A DNA stretch of 64,000 nucleotides from Chrysomallon squamiferum (GCA_012295275.1 CM022674.1:17422001-17486000); one strand, 5' to 3'. Positions 36,725-51,100 are shown, counted from the stretch's first letter. Notes: generated by a model from the letters alone, not told the origin. Numbers and translations: made by a program.

Positions 36725-37266
36725 AATAGCTTTTTCTATAGCACAAACATATACACCACAGTTACTGCTATCAATCTGCCTGGAATGTCAGAGTAATTAA
36801 TAAAAGACCACAATGAAGTTTTACATAATATATCTTATGTTCCAACATTAAATAGCTGGAAACATGAAAAATGACTTCATTGTTTTTACCTCCAAATGTA
36901 TCACAGTAGTACAGTACGTTTTTTTTTAGATATATCTGTTTCAGTTATTACTCAGTGAGTGTTTCTTTCATTCAATGGAACAACAACGTATTCATAATCA
37001 AACCATCTTTTACATTTGCTTTCTGTTACCTGAAATGTCCATCTGGGTTGGTCACTATCACCGTTCACAAATATCTTCTGACCAAACCAACCACAATCTA
37101 CCATGTGAATATGTTGATTCTTCAGTTGTTTTTGTAGTACAGACATGAATAAATTAATGTGGCTGCTATTCAGGCAGCTATCATGTAGAAGAATGTGGTT
37201 TACGACATCCGCATTTACAGTTATACCATCAATTTGTGTGCTAACAAAATATACCAATGATTGCAT
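36725..37266 (-). pseudogene. Ulp1/SENP (peptidase C48) domain remnant, probably transposon-borne
   Basis: CLNSSHINLFMSVL...VVVPLNERNTH*(W) gives the catalytic His. IP.QIDSSNCGVYVCA at ~36740-36790 gives the Q...C catalytic motif. Intronless, with stops and frameshifts. Confidence 0.7.
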
Positions 37267-37695
37267 CGCTATTGGATTCTAATCAATGAAGCGCTGTCTG
37301 TGTCTCTCACTCTATTTTTTCGTATTAAAATGTAATATCTCTGATGATTCACTGTTCATTATACTCTGACGTCAAATGATAACAATGATCTGTATGTTTG
37401 TAAATCTGTTACGTTTATGTCATTTACAGGTTTCATTTCACAATTCTTAATTTCCAAACTATCAACTTCACAACAAACAAGAATCCACTGTCCATTCTTT
37501 TCTGCAACAGATGAATTAAGCCTGTATGATGGTCCATCAAGTTCTGGCAGTCTTCACGTCATGTAATCTTGTTTGGTTCGTTTCTTTGTTGTCTAACACT
37601 TCTACAGTCTGATACATTAACAGTTGAAGTCTTAAGTTTGTAAACACAAGAACAGTGTTTTTATAACATGTTCACTCTTTCTCTGAAAACTACTG

Positions 37696-38015
37696 AGACT
37701 TCACTCAAACCCAGGTCCTGTTTACTGTTGTTATTTGCTTTCATGATATGTTTAGTGACTTCACTCAAACCCAGGTCCTGTTAACCCATGATATGTTTAG
37801 TGACTTCACTCAAACCCAGGTCCTGTTAACTGTTGTTATTTGCTTTCATGATATGTTTAGTGACTTCACTCAAACCCAGGTCCTCTTTACTGTTGTTATT
37901 TGCTTTCATGATATGTTTAGTGACTTCACTCAAACCCAGGTCCTCTTTACTGTTGTTATTTGCTTTCATGATATGTTTAGTGACTTCACTCAAACCCAGG
38001 TACTGTTCACTGTTA
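37696..38015. repeat. 60-bp minisatellite, ~5.5 near-identical copies (one shortened)
   Basis: gacttcactcaaacccaggtcctctttactgttgttatttgctttcatgatatgtttagt repeated. Confidence 0.95.
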
Positions 38016-39926
38016 TGTCACGTTTTATACCTTTGAAACCACTGCTGAGGCACCAAGCATTAATAACATATTGAGTAAATAATGGCAGATGTTTATCTAC
38101 TCTATGACAGAATAACATATAGCATGTATTATTAAAATTGTCAGTTGAAAAAGACAGATAATGATCATCACATGAAAGAAACTGACCACAATGTTCAATG
38201 ATGCGGTATATTGACCTTGGTGACAGAAATCACCAGGGTTTCAAACTCTTCATCTGCTATTTAGTTTCTGCTTTTTCTGCATTTTTTCTCTGATCATTAC
38301 TTTTTATGAACAAATTGGGAGGAACTTGAACGTAATTTGAATTTTTTCTGATATATTCACTCATCAAATAAAAATAAGAGTTGAAGGGAAAGAAACTAAA
38401 AGTTCTTTAATAAATATTGATTATGTGAGCATAGGCAGGTATTTTCTACTGTCTTTGATTTAAGAAAATTATCAAATAACTGTTGTACAGAACTGTAACC
38501 CATTGCATCAAGCTGGCACGTATGAAATGCCCATACTTATTTCCCCGGATCTTCACTGTAAACAAATATACTTACGTTATACAATCATATTACCTTAAGC
38601 TCTTTCAGTATATTGCTAATAATTTTAGTAAAAACTCCTAAGCATCTTGCTGACCATTAATATTTGATCCCATTCCATAAGCAACATTTAATACAACTTT
38701 GTGTAAAATATCATCTGATACCTCTTCGCAGTGTTTATTTTCATGTTTCAAATGTTGCCGTATTTGCAGTACACTTTCTTCTACTAATTGAACTCGTAAT
38801 TTTACATAATTATCAGAATATACAGTTACAGGTTCACATTTATTTTCATAAATAATTAACCATGCAAATCACTTGCTACTAGGGCTTGCATCACTGCTTT
38901 AAGACAGCTGTCTGCTGAAAATTACCTTGTTTCTTAAAATTATCAGGTTGCTGTTTGGATTTGGCCCGCATTTCTAATATTGTTATATTTACTTTTTTAC
39001 CAATTGGCTTCTTTATCGTCCTTAAATATTGTTTTCACTTTCATACAATCTACAGCTTCCAATTTTTGCACTGAAACGGTTTGGTTTTGCAATTTTTCTG
39101 AATAATCATCCAGTCTTTGTTGGGTTCTGCCTTGCAGTCCTATATATTTGAGAATTCTAAACCTATTTTCATTTGTACTAGTTGTTTTCATCTGCTCATG
39201 AATAAAAGTTTCACTACTGGGAATTTCTGATGCCTATGTTTCTGTCTGTGATATGTTTCTCAATAATGAAAAATATATATATATATTCATTATTATTTTC
39301 TTTTTCATAAAAAATGTGTAGCTTAACCGCTTTTACCTGGAAATGTAACAATTGATTATGCAATTATATACATTGTTATAAATAAAGTTTCATGCAATTA
39401 ATATGTTACATGAAAATGAAGTGTATGGACTAAAAAGCAAAAATACTGTTTTTCTTTCGATTTTGCTGTATGGAAAAAGTTAAATAATGTTGATGATTTT
39501 GATGATTATGATGATATATTTAAAAAAAAAAATATTGAGATACTTTAGCAATGATAATATTAAAATTGTCGTAAAACGACCAGTTATATGTTTTTGTCAT
39601 TTTTATTTTTATCCACAAAAATTGTCCAACACTTTACATTGAATACAGTCAATACTTGGGTGGACGACCGCGATATTTTCTGTGCTACTGTTTGGCATCA
39701 GCATTCCCACATACTCACACAAACCAAACATTACCTGGGATACTATAAACTAAAATGTACAAAGAACAGAAATATGTCCATGTAAAAAAATGCAAGAATA
39801 TCGATGAATAATTTACTTATTACAGTGTATGAGGAAATTAACCTAATAAACTATGTCTGGTTTTTAGTTAAATCATTCCACAATTTGTACATTAGTAGAG
39901 TTACCAGACTCGCTGGTATGTAAAAC

Positions 39927-40960
39927 TGCTACGGGGCGTCTAACGCAGTCGCATTCGACCCGTAATTAACACAGTCGTCACGTGACCAAATTAGAACCCC
40001 GCAACAGCCGTAACACTGCTCCCCCAAATTACCACTAACTATACATACAGACCTCCCTGTATCAGGTAGATAGCTACCCGCTTTGGCTCGGCAATAACGG
40101 TATTCTGGGAACAAGGTCATATATGAATTTATATTTAGTCAATGTTAAATCACTAGAAACACAACAACACAAGTATAGATTTAAAGAATAATAATAGTCA
40201 TTCACAATAACAGTTATTTAGTGATTAAGCTTACAGCGCATCACGGCTGTTTACAAACAGTTTCATGCCACAAAATGACTCTCACCACATAAGTGAACAT
40301 ACGGGGGATATTAAATATGTTTATCCCTCAAGGAAAAATACCAAACCCTAAGATATATTTGAAAATGCAAGTATATGAAAATAGCCTACTACTTAGCAGG
40401 ATGATCAGATGTCCCACTATTCTACCCGCTGTTTAAGAGATAATAATTACAATTTACTTTGAGTGGTCTGATTACAGATTACCAGCCATTCTCCAACTAG
40501 TGGATATACTACTTCAAACTTTATATAGTTAAATGATATTTGTTAGAAAACCACATCAAACTACCTTTCAGTTGCTCAAACAGAGCCTTAAAACTTATAG
40601 TTATCTGAGTCAGCTGGATCTGTGTAACTGTCCATCTGAGGGTTAGCCACATGTCTGTTCTGTACGGTGTAAAAACTGATTGCCCCAAACAAAACACGAT
40701 CTCTGTTATTATTGCCTAGGAAGGACCATATAGCGGGTATTTTAACATAGATGCCCCAGAGTGATGCCAAGACTGGTTTGAACTTTAGCAGACACAGCTG
40801 CCAGGGGTATCCAAAACAACTGCTCACCATAGCTTATACAAGTTTTAAGAAAAATCTAACATCTATTACATATTAAACAGGAGACTGCTTTCTCCGTCAC
40901 ACTTAGCTTATATAAATCTTAAGGTTACATATTAAAGAGCAGACTGCTGTCTCCCTTACA
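39927..40960 (-). mobile_element. Possible solo LTR
   Basis: On the minus strand it begins TGTAAGGG/TGTGACGG (short duplicated start) and ends CCCCGTAGCA, i.e. TG...CA with short inverted ends. No clean TSD. Confidence 0.3.
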
Positions 40961-41519
40961 AACACTATGTCACTAGTGGATGTCAGAGGAGTCACCATAA
41001 CTCGTACAATGCATTGTGCTATTGCAGTGTGGTTTTCTTGAATACAGGAAATGTTGCTCATCTAATAAAGAAAACAAAAATAATTACAATTTATAAAACA
41101 TATTTATTATGTTAATTGTTAACAGCATTACAATACACTCCGTATTATTAATTACCAATGTAATGAGATAATACAAAACTCTAAAAGAAACTAGTGAAAC
41201 AATAAACTCTAAATTAATATATTTCAACAACTTTCAAATTTAGTATTTACTCATATAGCTAAGTTATATTGGTCACGCACACACACACAAACACACATTA
41301 ATAACAATTATTATATTTCTCATTTGGTATTCAAACTAATAAAATCAAGGTTTACTTTTATGGATACTCTCACTTTTATTACACATCCATGTGTCATGGT
41401 CTCAAAGAAAGTCATGGTCAAATTAACTGGTAATCAGATGTCCTCTATCTGATATACAATAATGGATTAATCTTCCCAGCAAAGTTTAAACAAAGGAGTT
41501 TAATTACTGGTGATACTGC

Positions 41520-41700
41520 AACGTTAGTTAATTTCCCACGTCTCTAATCCCAATAAAAACAATAGCTTAATATAACCGCACTATCACGTGACTTGCATAA
41601 CCAATCAGGCCAAGTATTTTGTTAATCTGATTTCCTGTTCCTGAAAGTGAAACCAGAAGCATCTTATGGAAATGAAAGTCGTGTCTCTTATCTCTGTGTG
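41520..41700 (+). promoter_or_regulatory. Promoter-like motif cluster (CCAAT x2, E-box, two IRF/ISRE-type sites)
   Basis: TCACGTGA 41584-41591, CCAAT ~41550 and ~41601, GAAAGTGAAACC 41643-41654, GGAAATGAAAGT 41668-41679. A donor AG|GTAAGC follows at ~41851. Confidence 0.4.
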
Positions 41701-42129
41701 AAAATATATAATGTTTATTAGTATTAAAGTATTTTATCAATGTAAATTATTGCTAAAGATACGCGAGTATGCAACATCAAAATGATAAAAGGTAAAAAGA
41801 GAAAAAAATAAGAGTTAAAATATAAGTGGAGAAAGTGAACAGAAAATAAAGGTAAGCAGTAGCCAAGCTGGTCAAGAAGTCATCATACTGAGGATGTCAA
41901 ATACACAAGCAGTGAGCTTAAATGTTCATCTGCACCATTTGATCAGTCAACAGCAATGCTATTAAATGTACCCGTGTTTTTATCATCTATGATGATCTAG
42001 ATCGGTATCCCTTTGTATTTCTATAAAAGTAAAAATGATAACCTTTTCAAGTAACCTTATTTGCAAAACCCAAAACAAGATTTCCTAACAACTATATTAT
42101 TTAATGCATGTTATTATTCTTCTTGTAAC

Positions 42130-42520
42130 AACTTTGTAAAAGGTATTTTAGATTATTCTGGTTTAACATATCACAACTTTGATAATGTTAAATGATTACG
42201 TGAAACGATATCCAAAATATTACATGATCAACATCAACAATTATGGAAAAATCAAATTAAAACTTCTTCAAAGGATATTAATTACAACATTTTTAACAAT
42301 GAACTGAAATTAGAAAACTATTTTACTTTGCTGTCTTAAAAAAATACCAATATCTTATGTAAATTTGGAACCGCGAATGCTAAACTTCCTATTGAAACCG
42401 CATGATGGTCTGATATTCTAATTAAAACCAGAAAATGTCATATTTGTAATCTTAACAAAATTTGAGATGAATATCACTATATATTTGAATGTAATGATCC
42501 TATATTATTAAATGCAAGAA
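42130..42520 (+). mobile_element. 3' remnant of a non-LTR retrotransposon (LINE) ORF2
   Basis: ELKLENYF...LCKFGTANAKLPIET..W...RKCHICNLNKI.DEYHYIFEC, a C-terminal CCHC region typical of LINE ORF2 ends. Confidence 0.7.
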
Positions 42521-45189
42521 CAGATATATCAGATATACCAGATAAATATATATATATTAACTATATGAAAATTAGGATCTTTACTTTTGTGTACTAGAAG
42601 ATATTTTCCTAAGCTTTTTTCTTTCTTTCTTTCTATTATTATTATTACTGTATATAAAGTTTTTATTTTTATATTAATAAAATTAAAAGTACTGTGACTA
42701 TTACACTAATATTATTGGAAATGACTTAATTACACTTCAGCTGTAACTACTAGGTATGCAACAAATGGGATGTGTAACAAGTGATAGACAAACAACATTT
42801 GTCCATTTTCATGCATTAATTAAAGAAACAGTTAATTGATAAAAAAATGTAAGCTGAAGACTGAACTAAAGTTAGTTAATACACAAAATAAAGATAGTAA
42901 AAACATTCTATCATGCAAATTAAATAAGAAATAAAAAATCAGTGTAATTAAAAACATATACAAGTATTTGCTATTCAAATTCAATAAGCATCTTCTAATG
43001 ATTAAATACAAAGAAGTAAAAGTAAATAAATATATTCCCAATTAATAATAATGATAATAATATAAATAAAAAGATAAATATATAAATATATATTTTTGAA
43101 AAAAGAAAAAAAGTATTTCTCTTCTTATTCAGTGTATGAAGATAAAATAAAGGTATGACAAATATTAATTGAATACAATAGCCAAGTATTATAAACAATA
43201 TATATATCCCAAACAAAATAAATTGTATCAGTGTCTTAAAAACAATACATAAACTGACACATTTCACACACTTTATGTAACAGTGACATAACCAGCAAAG
43301 GTTAGCACATTAGACAATACTTTCTGTTTTGCATCACTGAAAAACAAACAAGTAAATTAAAAGTAAATCATTATAAAGCTGTAATAAAAATTATAATAAT
43401 AACAATAATAATAATAATAACAATAATAAAAGTAATAATGGCAACAAACACAATAAAAATAAATCCTTATTAATAGAAAATAATTTCTGGAAGGAAACAA
43501 TCATCAAGACAGGTAAAATAAATACAAGATATTTATACAAAACAGTCACTCAGTGTAAGTCCAATACATTCCTCAAAATTGTTTTTAAAAATAACTAATC
43601 ACCAAAAATAAATAAATAAATAAATAAAATAAATAAATAAAATAAAAACAAAATCTTGTTTGATGCAACTTATTGACAAAGAAAATAGAGATAGTATTAA
43701 AATTGTATCTCAAATTAAATCAGTTTAAATCCACACTTACAGTTCAGTGTCAGCCAAAAATGTTTCTAATTGAAAATCACATTTATTTTATTAATTATTA
43801 ACTATTTCACAATTATTAAATAAATATTCCTCCTTAAAACTTACATTTACTTTTGTATTCATTATTTTGTAATTATTAAAGCTATACATAAAAACTATCA
43901 GATGAATGAAGATTTACATTTGCTTTATCAATTTTGTTAGTATTTTCTGATAATTTAGTGAAATGTAAACATTATATGAATGTATCTTCTAATTAATAAG
44001 AGAAACATTTTGAATTACATTTTATTTTACCTCATAAATTAATATATTAAAACATGAATAAACATTTTGTAAAAAAAAAAATGTACATAAACTCCAAATG
44101 AAAATTCAAGTTTACTTACTACAAATATATTAAAATTTGGATTTAGTATTATAGAACTATTGTGTAAATAAGAAAACAAACAACAACAACACTTTTACAC
44201 AACATTACTATACTACTTTTCTTAAGATAAACATAGTAAAATATTTGGTAATGCAGAATAATTTTGTAAACTAAAAAATATACATTAAATATTCTGCACT
44301 CTACTTTAAAACACAACTTTAATTTAACAGATATTTTCACACATAAAAAGTTTAATAGCAAATCATCATGAATAATATAACAAATCTGATTTAAAAACTG
44401 CCTGACTTTTCACTTTCTGAATAACCAGATCAAAATTAAAATCAGTATTACTGTTGTTTTATTATTGCTGGCCAACCAAATATTTCTTAACATTTTTACT
44501 CACTAAAATTAAAAATGAAGTGAAATTTTCATAAAGCCACAGGTATTATAATAGTTCATGTTATGCTGAAATACAATAGAGAATAAAAAATGTTGAAAGA
44601 TGCACCAGCTATAAAATATGGTAACAGTATTTGTATAGAAACACAAACTGTACAATATATGAATACAATATTTGAACAGAAACAGCAGAGTGCACAGTAC
44701 AGTAATGGAATATCTGAATAGAAACAATTTACAGAATCTAGATATACACCAGACTACACAGCAATATAGTTACACAAATTTACACTGTATTTAATTCTTC
44801 ATCACAATCAATTAGTTCACAGATCTTATTTTGAAAATGAGGTCTGGCTCATGTATCAATAATTATACTTTTGAATTGAAAAATTAAATCTACACAGTAT
44901 TTATCACAGCTAAATACATACACAACATTACACCAAAAATGTGCACAAATGAAGCAGCTCAAACTGAAACTACAATAGAAATCACTGTATTTCAGGATGG
45001 AGTATAACATTAAGACTTTGTACCATAGAAATTACAAACAAAATTTAGATTATTGTGTTTGTTATGAACATCAGTTTTATACAAAAGTATTATTTCTGCA
45101 CAACTTCAAAATCTTCTCACTAGCTGGTCTTCCATTTAAAGTGATAGTCTGTGCACATAATGTACTAAATTGAAAATTTCAGTTTCATA

Positions 45190-48100
45190 TCAAAATGTAT
45201 TTATGTTACTACGTTTACCACCATGCTCCAATAAATAGGAAACAATTTCCCTTCTGTAACTCTTAGCTTTGTCAAGAGGAGTTTCACCTTGACCATTTTT
45301 AACATTTACATCAACACCTTTTTCAATCAGTGATGTCAATATTTCAAGATTTCCATGTTCAACTGCTAAGTGTAAAACAGAATTGTTATCATTGTCAATT
45401 AAATGAGGATCAGCTCCATGTTCCAGTAAAGTAAAGGCTACATTGTTCTTATAAGAGGACATAGCCGGATCTCGAAAAAACTCAAATCTGTTCCAATCCA
45501 GAAATGTAAAAAGAGGAGTTTCACCTTGACTGTTCTTAGCATTTACATCAACACCTTTATCAATCAGTGCTGTCACAATTTCTACATTTCCATATCGAGC
45601 TGCCAAGTGTAAAAGAGAATTGTTGTCATTGTCTGTTAAATTAGGATCAGCTCCATGTTCCAGTAAAACCAAAGATAGTTTTGGTATATAAGAGGACTCA
45701 GGTAGATCGTCAAGATAATCAGGTAAGTAGTATTTCAGAATCGTAAAAAGAGGAGTTTCACCTTTTCTGTTCTTAACATTTACATCACAACCTTTTTTCA
45801 ATCAGTGCTGTCACAATTTCTACATTTCCATGTTCAGCTGCTAAGTGTAAAAGATCATTGTTGTCATTGTCTGTTAAATTAGGATCAGCTCCATGTTCCA
45901 GTAAAGTAAAGGCTACATTGTTCTTATAAGAGGACATAGCTGGATCTCGAAAAAAATAAAATATGTTCCAATTCAGAAATGTAAAAAGAGGAGTTTCACC
46001 TTGCCTGTTCTTAACATTTACATCAACACCTTTATCAATCAGTGCTGTCACAATTTCTACATTTCCATATCGAGCTGCCAAGTGTAAAAGAGAATTGTTG
46101 TCATTGTCTGTTAAATTAGGATCAGCTCCATGTTCCAGTAAAACCAAAGCTACGTTTGTCTTAGAGGACACAGGTGGAACTACTAAAAATTCGAATTTAT
46201 TGTATTTCAGAAATGTAAAAAGAGGAGTTTCACCTTTTCTGTTCTTAACGTTTACATCAACACCTTTATCAATCAGTGCTGTCACAATTTCTACATTTCC
46301 ATATCGAGCTGCTAAGTGTAAAAGAGAATTGTTGTCATTGTCTGTTAAATTAGGATCAGCTCCATGTTCCAGTAAAACCAAAGCTACGTTTGTCTTAGAG
46401 GACACAGGTGGATCTTCTAAAAAATCAAATTCATTGTATTTCAGAAATGTAAAAAGAGGAGTTTCACCTTTTCTGTTCTTAACATTTACATCAACACCTT
46501 TATCAATCAGTGCTGTCACAATTTCTACATTTCCATATCGAGCTGCTAAGTGTAAAAGAGAATTGTTGTCATTGTCTGTTAAATTAGGATCAGCTCCATG
46601 TTCCAGTAAAACCAAAGCTACGTTTGTATATAAGAGGACACAGGTGGATCTTCAAAAAAATGAAATTTATTGTATTTCAGAAATGTAAAAAGAGGAGTTT
46701 CACCTTTTCTGTTCTTAACATTTACATCAACACCTTTATCAATCAGTGCTGTCACAATTTCTACATTTCCATATCGAGCTGCTAAGTGTAAAAGAGAATT
46801 GTTGTCATTGTCTGTTAAATTAGGATCAGTTCCTCCTACGTTTGTTCCAGTAAAAACAAAGCTACATTTCATTGTAGTGAGGACACAGTCAGGAGTTTCA
46901 AAAAAAAAAGTTTTTCAATCATGTTGTAACAAATATTTCAGAAATGTAAAAAGAATTGTTTTTGTAATTATCTGTTAAATTAGGATCAGCTCCTTGTTTT
47001 TAAAACCAAAACATAGAGGACACAGGTGGATCTTGTAAAAAAAAATTAACAGAAATTAAAAAGAGGAGTTTCACCTTTTTTGTTCTTAACATTTACATCA
47101 ACACCTTTTTCAATCAGTGCTTTAACAATTTCTACATTTCCATGTTCAGCTGCTAAGTGTAAAACAGAATTGTTATCATTGTCTGTTAAATTTGGATCAG
47201 CTCCATGTTCCAGTAAAACCAAAGCTATGTTTCTCTTAGAGCACACAGGTGAATCTTTATTGTATTTCAGAAATGTAAAAAGAGGAGTTTCACCTTTTCT
47301 GTTCTTAACATTTACATCAACACCTTTTTCAATCAGTGCTCTCACAACTTCTACATTTCCATGTTCAGCTGCTAAGTGTAAAAGAGAATTGTTATAACTG
47401 TCTGTTAAATTAGGATCAGCTCCATGTTCCAGTAAAACCAAAGGTATGGTTCTCTTAGAGGACACAGGTGGATTTTTAATAAAATGAAATGTATTATAGT
47501 TCAGAAATGTATTGTAGTTCAGAAATGTAAAAAGAGGAGTTTCACCTTTTCTGTTCTTAACATTTAGATCAACAATTTTTTCAATCAGTGCTGTCACAAT
47601 TTCTACATTTCTATGTCCAGCTGCTAAGTGTAAAACAGAATTGTTATCATTGTCTGTTAAATTAGGATCAGCTCCTTGTTTTAGTAAATACCAAAATATT
47701 TTGTACTGGTGAAAATTAACAGCTGTAAAAAGAGGAGTTTCAATTTTTCTGTTCTTAACATTTACATCAGCACCTTTTTCAATCAGTGCTGTAACAATTT
47801 CTATATATCCATGCTTTGCTGCTAAGTGTATGACAGAACTGTTATCATTCTCTGTTAAATTAGGATCAGCTCCTTGTTTTAGTAAATACCATAATATTTT
47901 GTAGTGGTGAAAATTGACAGCTGTAAAAAGAGGAGTTTCACCTTTTCTGTTCTTAACATTTAGATTAACACCTTTTTCAATCAGTGCTGTCACAATTTCT
48001 ATATATCCATGCTTTGCTGCTAAGTGTAAAACAGAACTGTTATCATTGTCTGTTAAATTAGGATCAGCTCGCTGTTTTAGTAAATACCAAAATATTTTGT

Positions 48101-51100
48101 ACTGGTGAAAATTAACAGCTGTGAAAAGAGGAGTTTCACCTTCTCTGTTCTTAACATTTACATCAACACCTTTTTCAATCAGTGCTTTCACAATTTCTAC
48201 ATTTCCATGTTCAGATGCTAAGTGTAAAGCAGAATTGTTATCATTGTCTGTTAAATTTGGATCAGCTCCATGTTCCAGTAAAACCAAAGCTATGTTTGTC
48301 TTAGAGGACACAGGTGAATCTTTATTGTATTTCAGAAATGTAAAAAGAGGAGTTTCACCTTTTCTGTTCTTAACATTTACATCAACACCTTTTTCAATCA
48401 GTGCTTTCACAATTTCTACATTTCCATGTTCAGCTGCTAAGTGTAAAGGAGAATTGTTATCATTGTCTGTTAAATTTGGATCAGCTCCATGTCCCAGTAA
48501 AACCAATGCTGTGTTTGTCTTAGAGGACACAGGTGAATCTTTATTGTATTTCAGAAATGTAAAAAGAGGAGTTTCACCTTTTCTGTTCTTAACATTTACA
48601 TCAACACCTTTTTCAATCAGTGCTGTCACAATTTCTACATTTCCATGTTCAGCTGCTAAGTGTAAAGCAGAATTGTTATCATTGTCTGTTAAATTTGGAT
48701 CAGCTCCATGTTCCAGTAAAACCAAAGCTATGTTTGTCTTAGAGGACACAGGTGAATCTTTATTGTATTTCAGAAATGTAAAAACAGGAGTTTCACCTTT
48801 TCTGTTCTTAACATTTACATCAACACCTTTTTCAATCAGTGGTTTCACAATTTCTACATTTCCATGTTCAGCTGCTAAGTGTAAAGAAGAATTGTTATCA
48901 TTGTCTGTTAAATTTGGATCAGCTCCATGTTCCAGTAAAACCAAAGCTATGTTTGTCTTAGAGGACACAGGTGAATCTTTATTGTATTTCAGAAATGTAA
49001 AAAGAGGAGTTTCACCTTTTCTGTTCTTAACATTTACATCAACACCTTTTTCAATCAGAGCTTTCACAATTTCTACATTTCCATGTTCAGCTGCTAAGTG
49101 TAAAGCAGAATTGTTATCATTGTCTGTTAAATTTGGATCAGCTCCATGTTCCAGTAAATACAAAATCATTTTGTAATGTTGATACATAAAAGCCAGTAAA
49201 AGAGGAGTTACACCTTGCATGTTCCTTATATTTACATCAACACCTTTATCAATCAGTGCTGTCACAGTTTCTACATTTCCATATTTAGCAGCTAAGTGTA
49301 CAGCAGAATTGTTATCATGGTCTGTTAAATTAGGATCAGCTCCATCTTCGAGTAAAACCAAAGCTACATTTGTCTTAGAGGACACAGGTGCACCTTGTAA
49401 AAAACAAGATTTATTGTAGTTCAGAAATGTAAAAAGAGGAGTTTCACCTTTTCTGTTCTTAACATTTACATCAACACCTTTTTCAATCAGTGCTGTCACA
49501 ATTTCTATATATCCATGCTTTGCTGCTAAGTGTAAGACAGAACTGTTATCATTGTCAGTTAAATTAGGATCAGCTCCTTGTTTTAGTAAATACCAAAATA
49601 TTTTGTACTGGTGAAAATTAACAGCTGTAAAAAGAGGAGTTTCACCTTTTTTGTTCTTAACATTTACGTCAACACCTTTTTCAATCAGTGCTTTCACAAT
49701 TTCTACATTTCCATGTTCAGCTGCTAAGTGTAAAGCAGAATTATTATCATTGTCTGTTAAATTTGGATCAGCTCCATGTTCCAGTAAAACCAAAGCTATG
49801 TTTCTCTTAGAGCACACAGGTGAATCTTTATTGTATTTCAGAAATGTAAAAAGAGGAGTTTCACCTTTTCTGTTCTTAACATTTACATCAACACCTTTTT
49901 CAATCAGTGCTTTCAGAATTTCTACATTTCCATGTTCAGCTGCTAAGTGTAAAGCAGAATTGTTATCATTGTCTGTTAAATTTGGATCAGCTCCATGTTC
50001 CAGTAAATACAAAATCATTTTGTAATGTTGATACATAAAAGCCAGTAAAAGAGGAGTTACACCTTGCATGTTCCTTATATTTACATCAACACCTTTATCA
50101 ATCAGTGCTGTCACAGTTTCTACATTTCCATATTTAGCTGCTAAGTGTACAGCAGAATTGTTCTCATTGTCTGTTAAATTAGGATCAGCTCCTTGTTTTA
50201 GTAAATACCAAAATATTTTGTACTGGTGAAAATTAACAGCTGTGAAAAGAGGAGTTTCACCTGCTCTGTTCTTAACATTTACATCAACACCTTTTTCAAT
50301 CAGTGCTTTCACAATTTCTACATTTCCATGTTCAGATGCTAAGTGTAAAGCAGAATTGTTATCATTGTCTGTTAAATTTGGATCAGCTCCATGTTGGAGT
50401 AAAACCAAAGCTACGTTTGTCTTAGAGGACACAGGTGGATTTTGTAAAAAACTAGATTTATTGTAGTTCAGAAATGTAAAAAGAGGAGTTTCACCTTTTC
50501 TGTTCTTAACATTTACATCAACACTTTTTTCAAACAGTGCTTTCATTATTTCTACTTTTCTATATTCAGCTGCTAAGTGTAAAGGAGAATTGTTATCCTT
50601 GTCTGTTAAATTTGGATCAGCTCCATGTTCCAGTAAAGCCATAGCTATCTTTGTGATAGAGGACACAGGTGGATCTTGAAAAAAAAAAAATGTATTGTAT
50701 TTCAGAAATGTAAAAATAGGAGTTTCACCTATTCTGTTCTTAACATTTACATCAGCACCTTTTTCAATCAGTGCTGTAACAATTTCTATATATTCATGTT
50801 CAGCTGCTAAGTGTAAAGCAGAACCACTATAATTGTCTGTTAAATTAGGATCAGCTCCTTGGTTTAGTAAATATAAAGCTATTTTTGGCCTGTGACACAT
50901 CAAAGATACATGAAGAGGAGTTTTCTGTTCAATGTTAATTGCATTTATTTCAGCACCCTTTTTTGTTACTTCTTTCACAACATCTATGCCAATTTTAGAG
51001 GCTATGTGCAATGCTGAATTCTTGTAGTAATCTGTTATATTCGTATCAGCACCATTTTTCAGTAACAACAAAGCTACTTCCTTTGTGTTTCTCAATGTGT

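Noticed and set aside
37696-38015. Regular repeat superficially like a CRISPR array, and its 108-aa ORF
   Set aside because: Units are contiguous with no unique spacers, there are no cas genes, and the context is eukaryotic. It is a minisatellite.
45963-50466. Long plus-strand ORFs (241, 351, 124 aa and others) over the ankyrin array
   Set aside because: Antisense shadows of the repeated ankyrin codons, with no independent coding signal.
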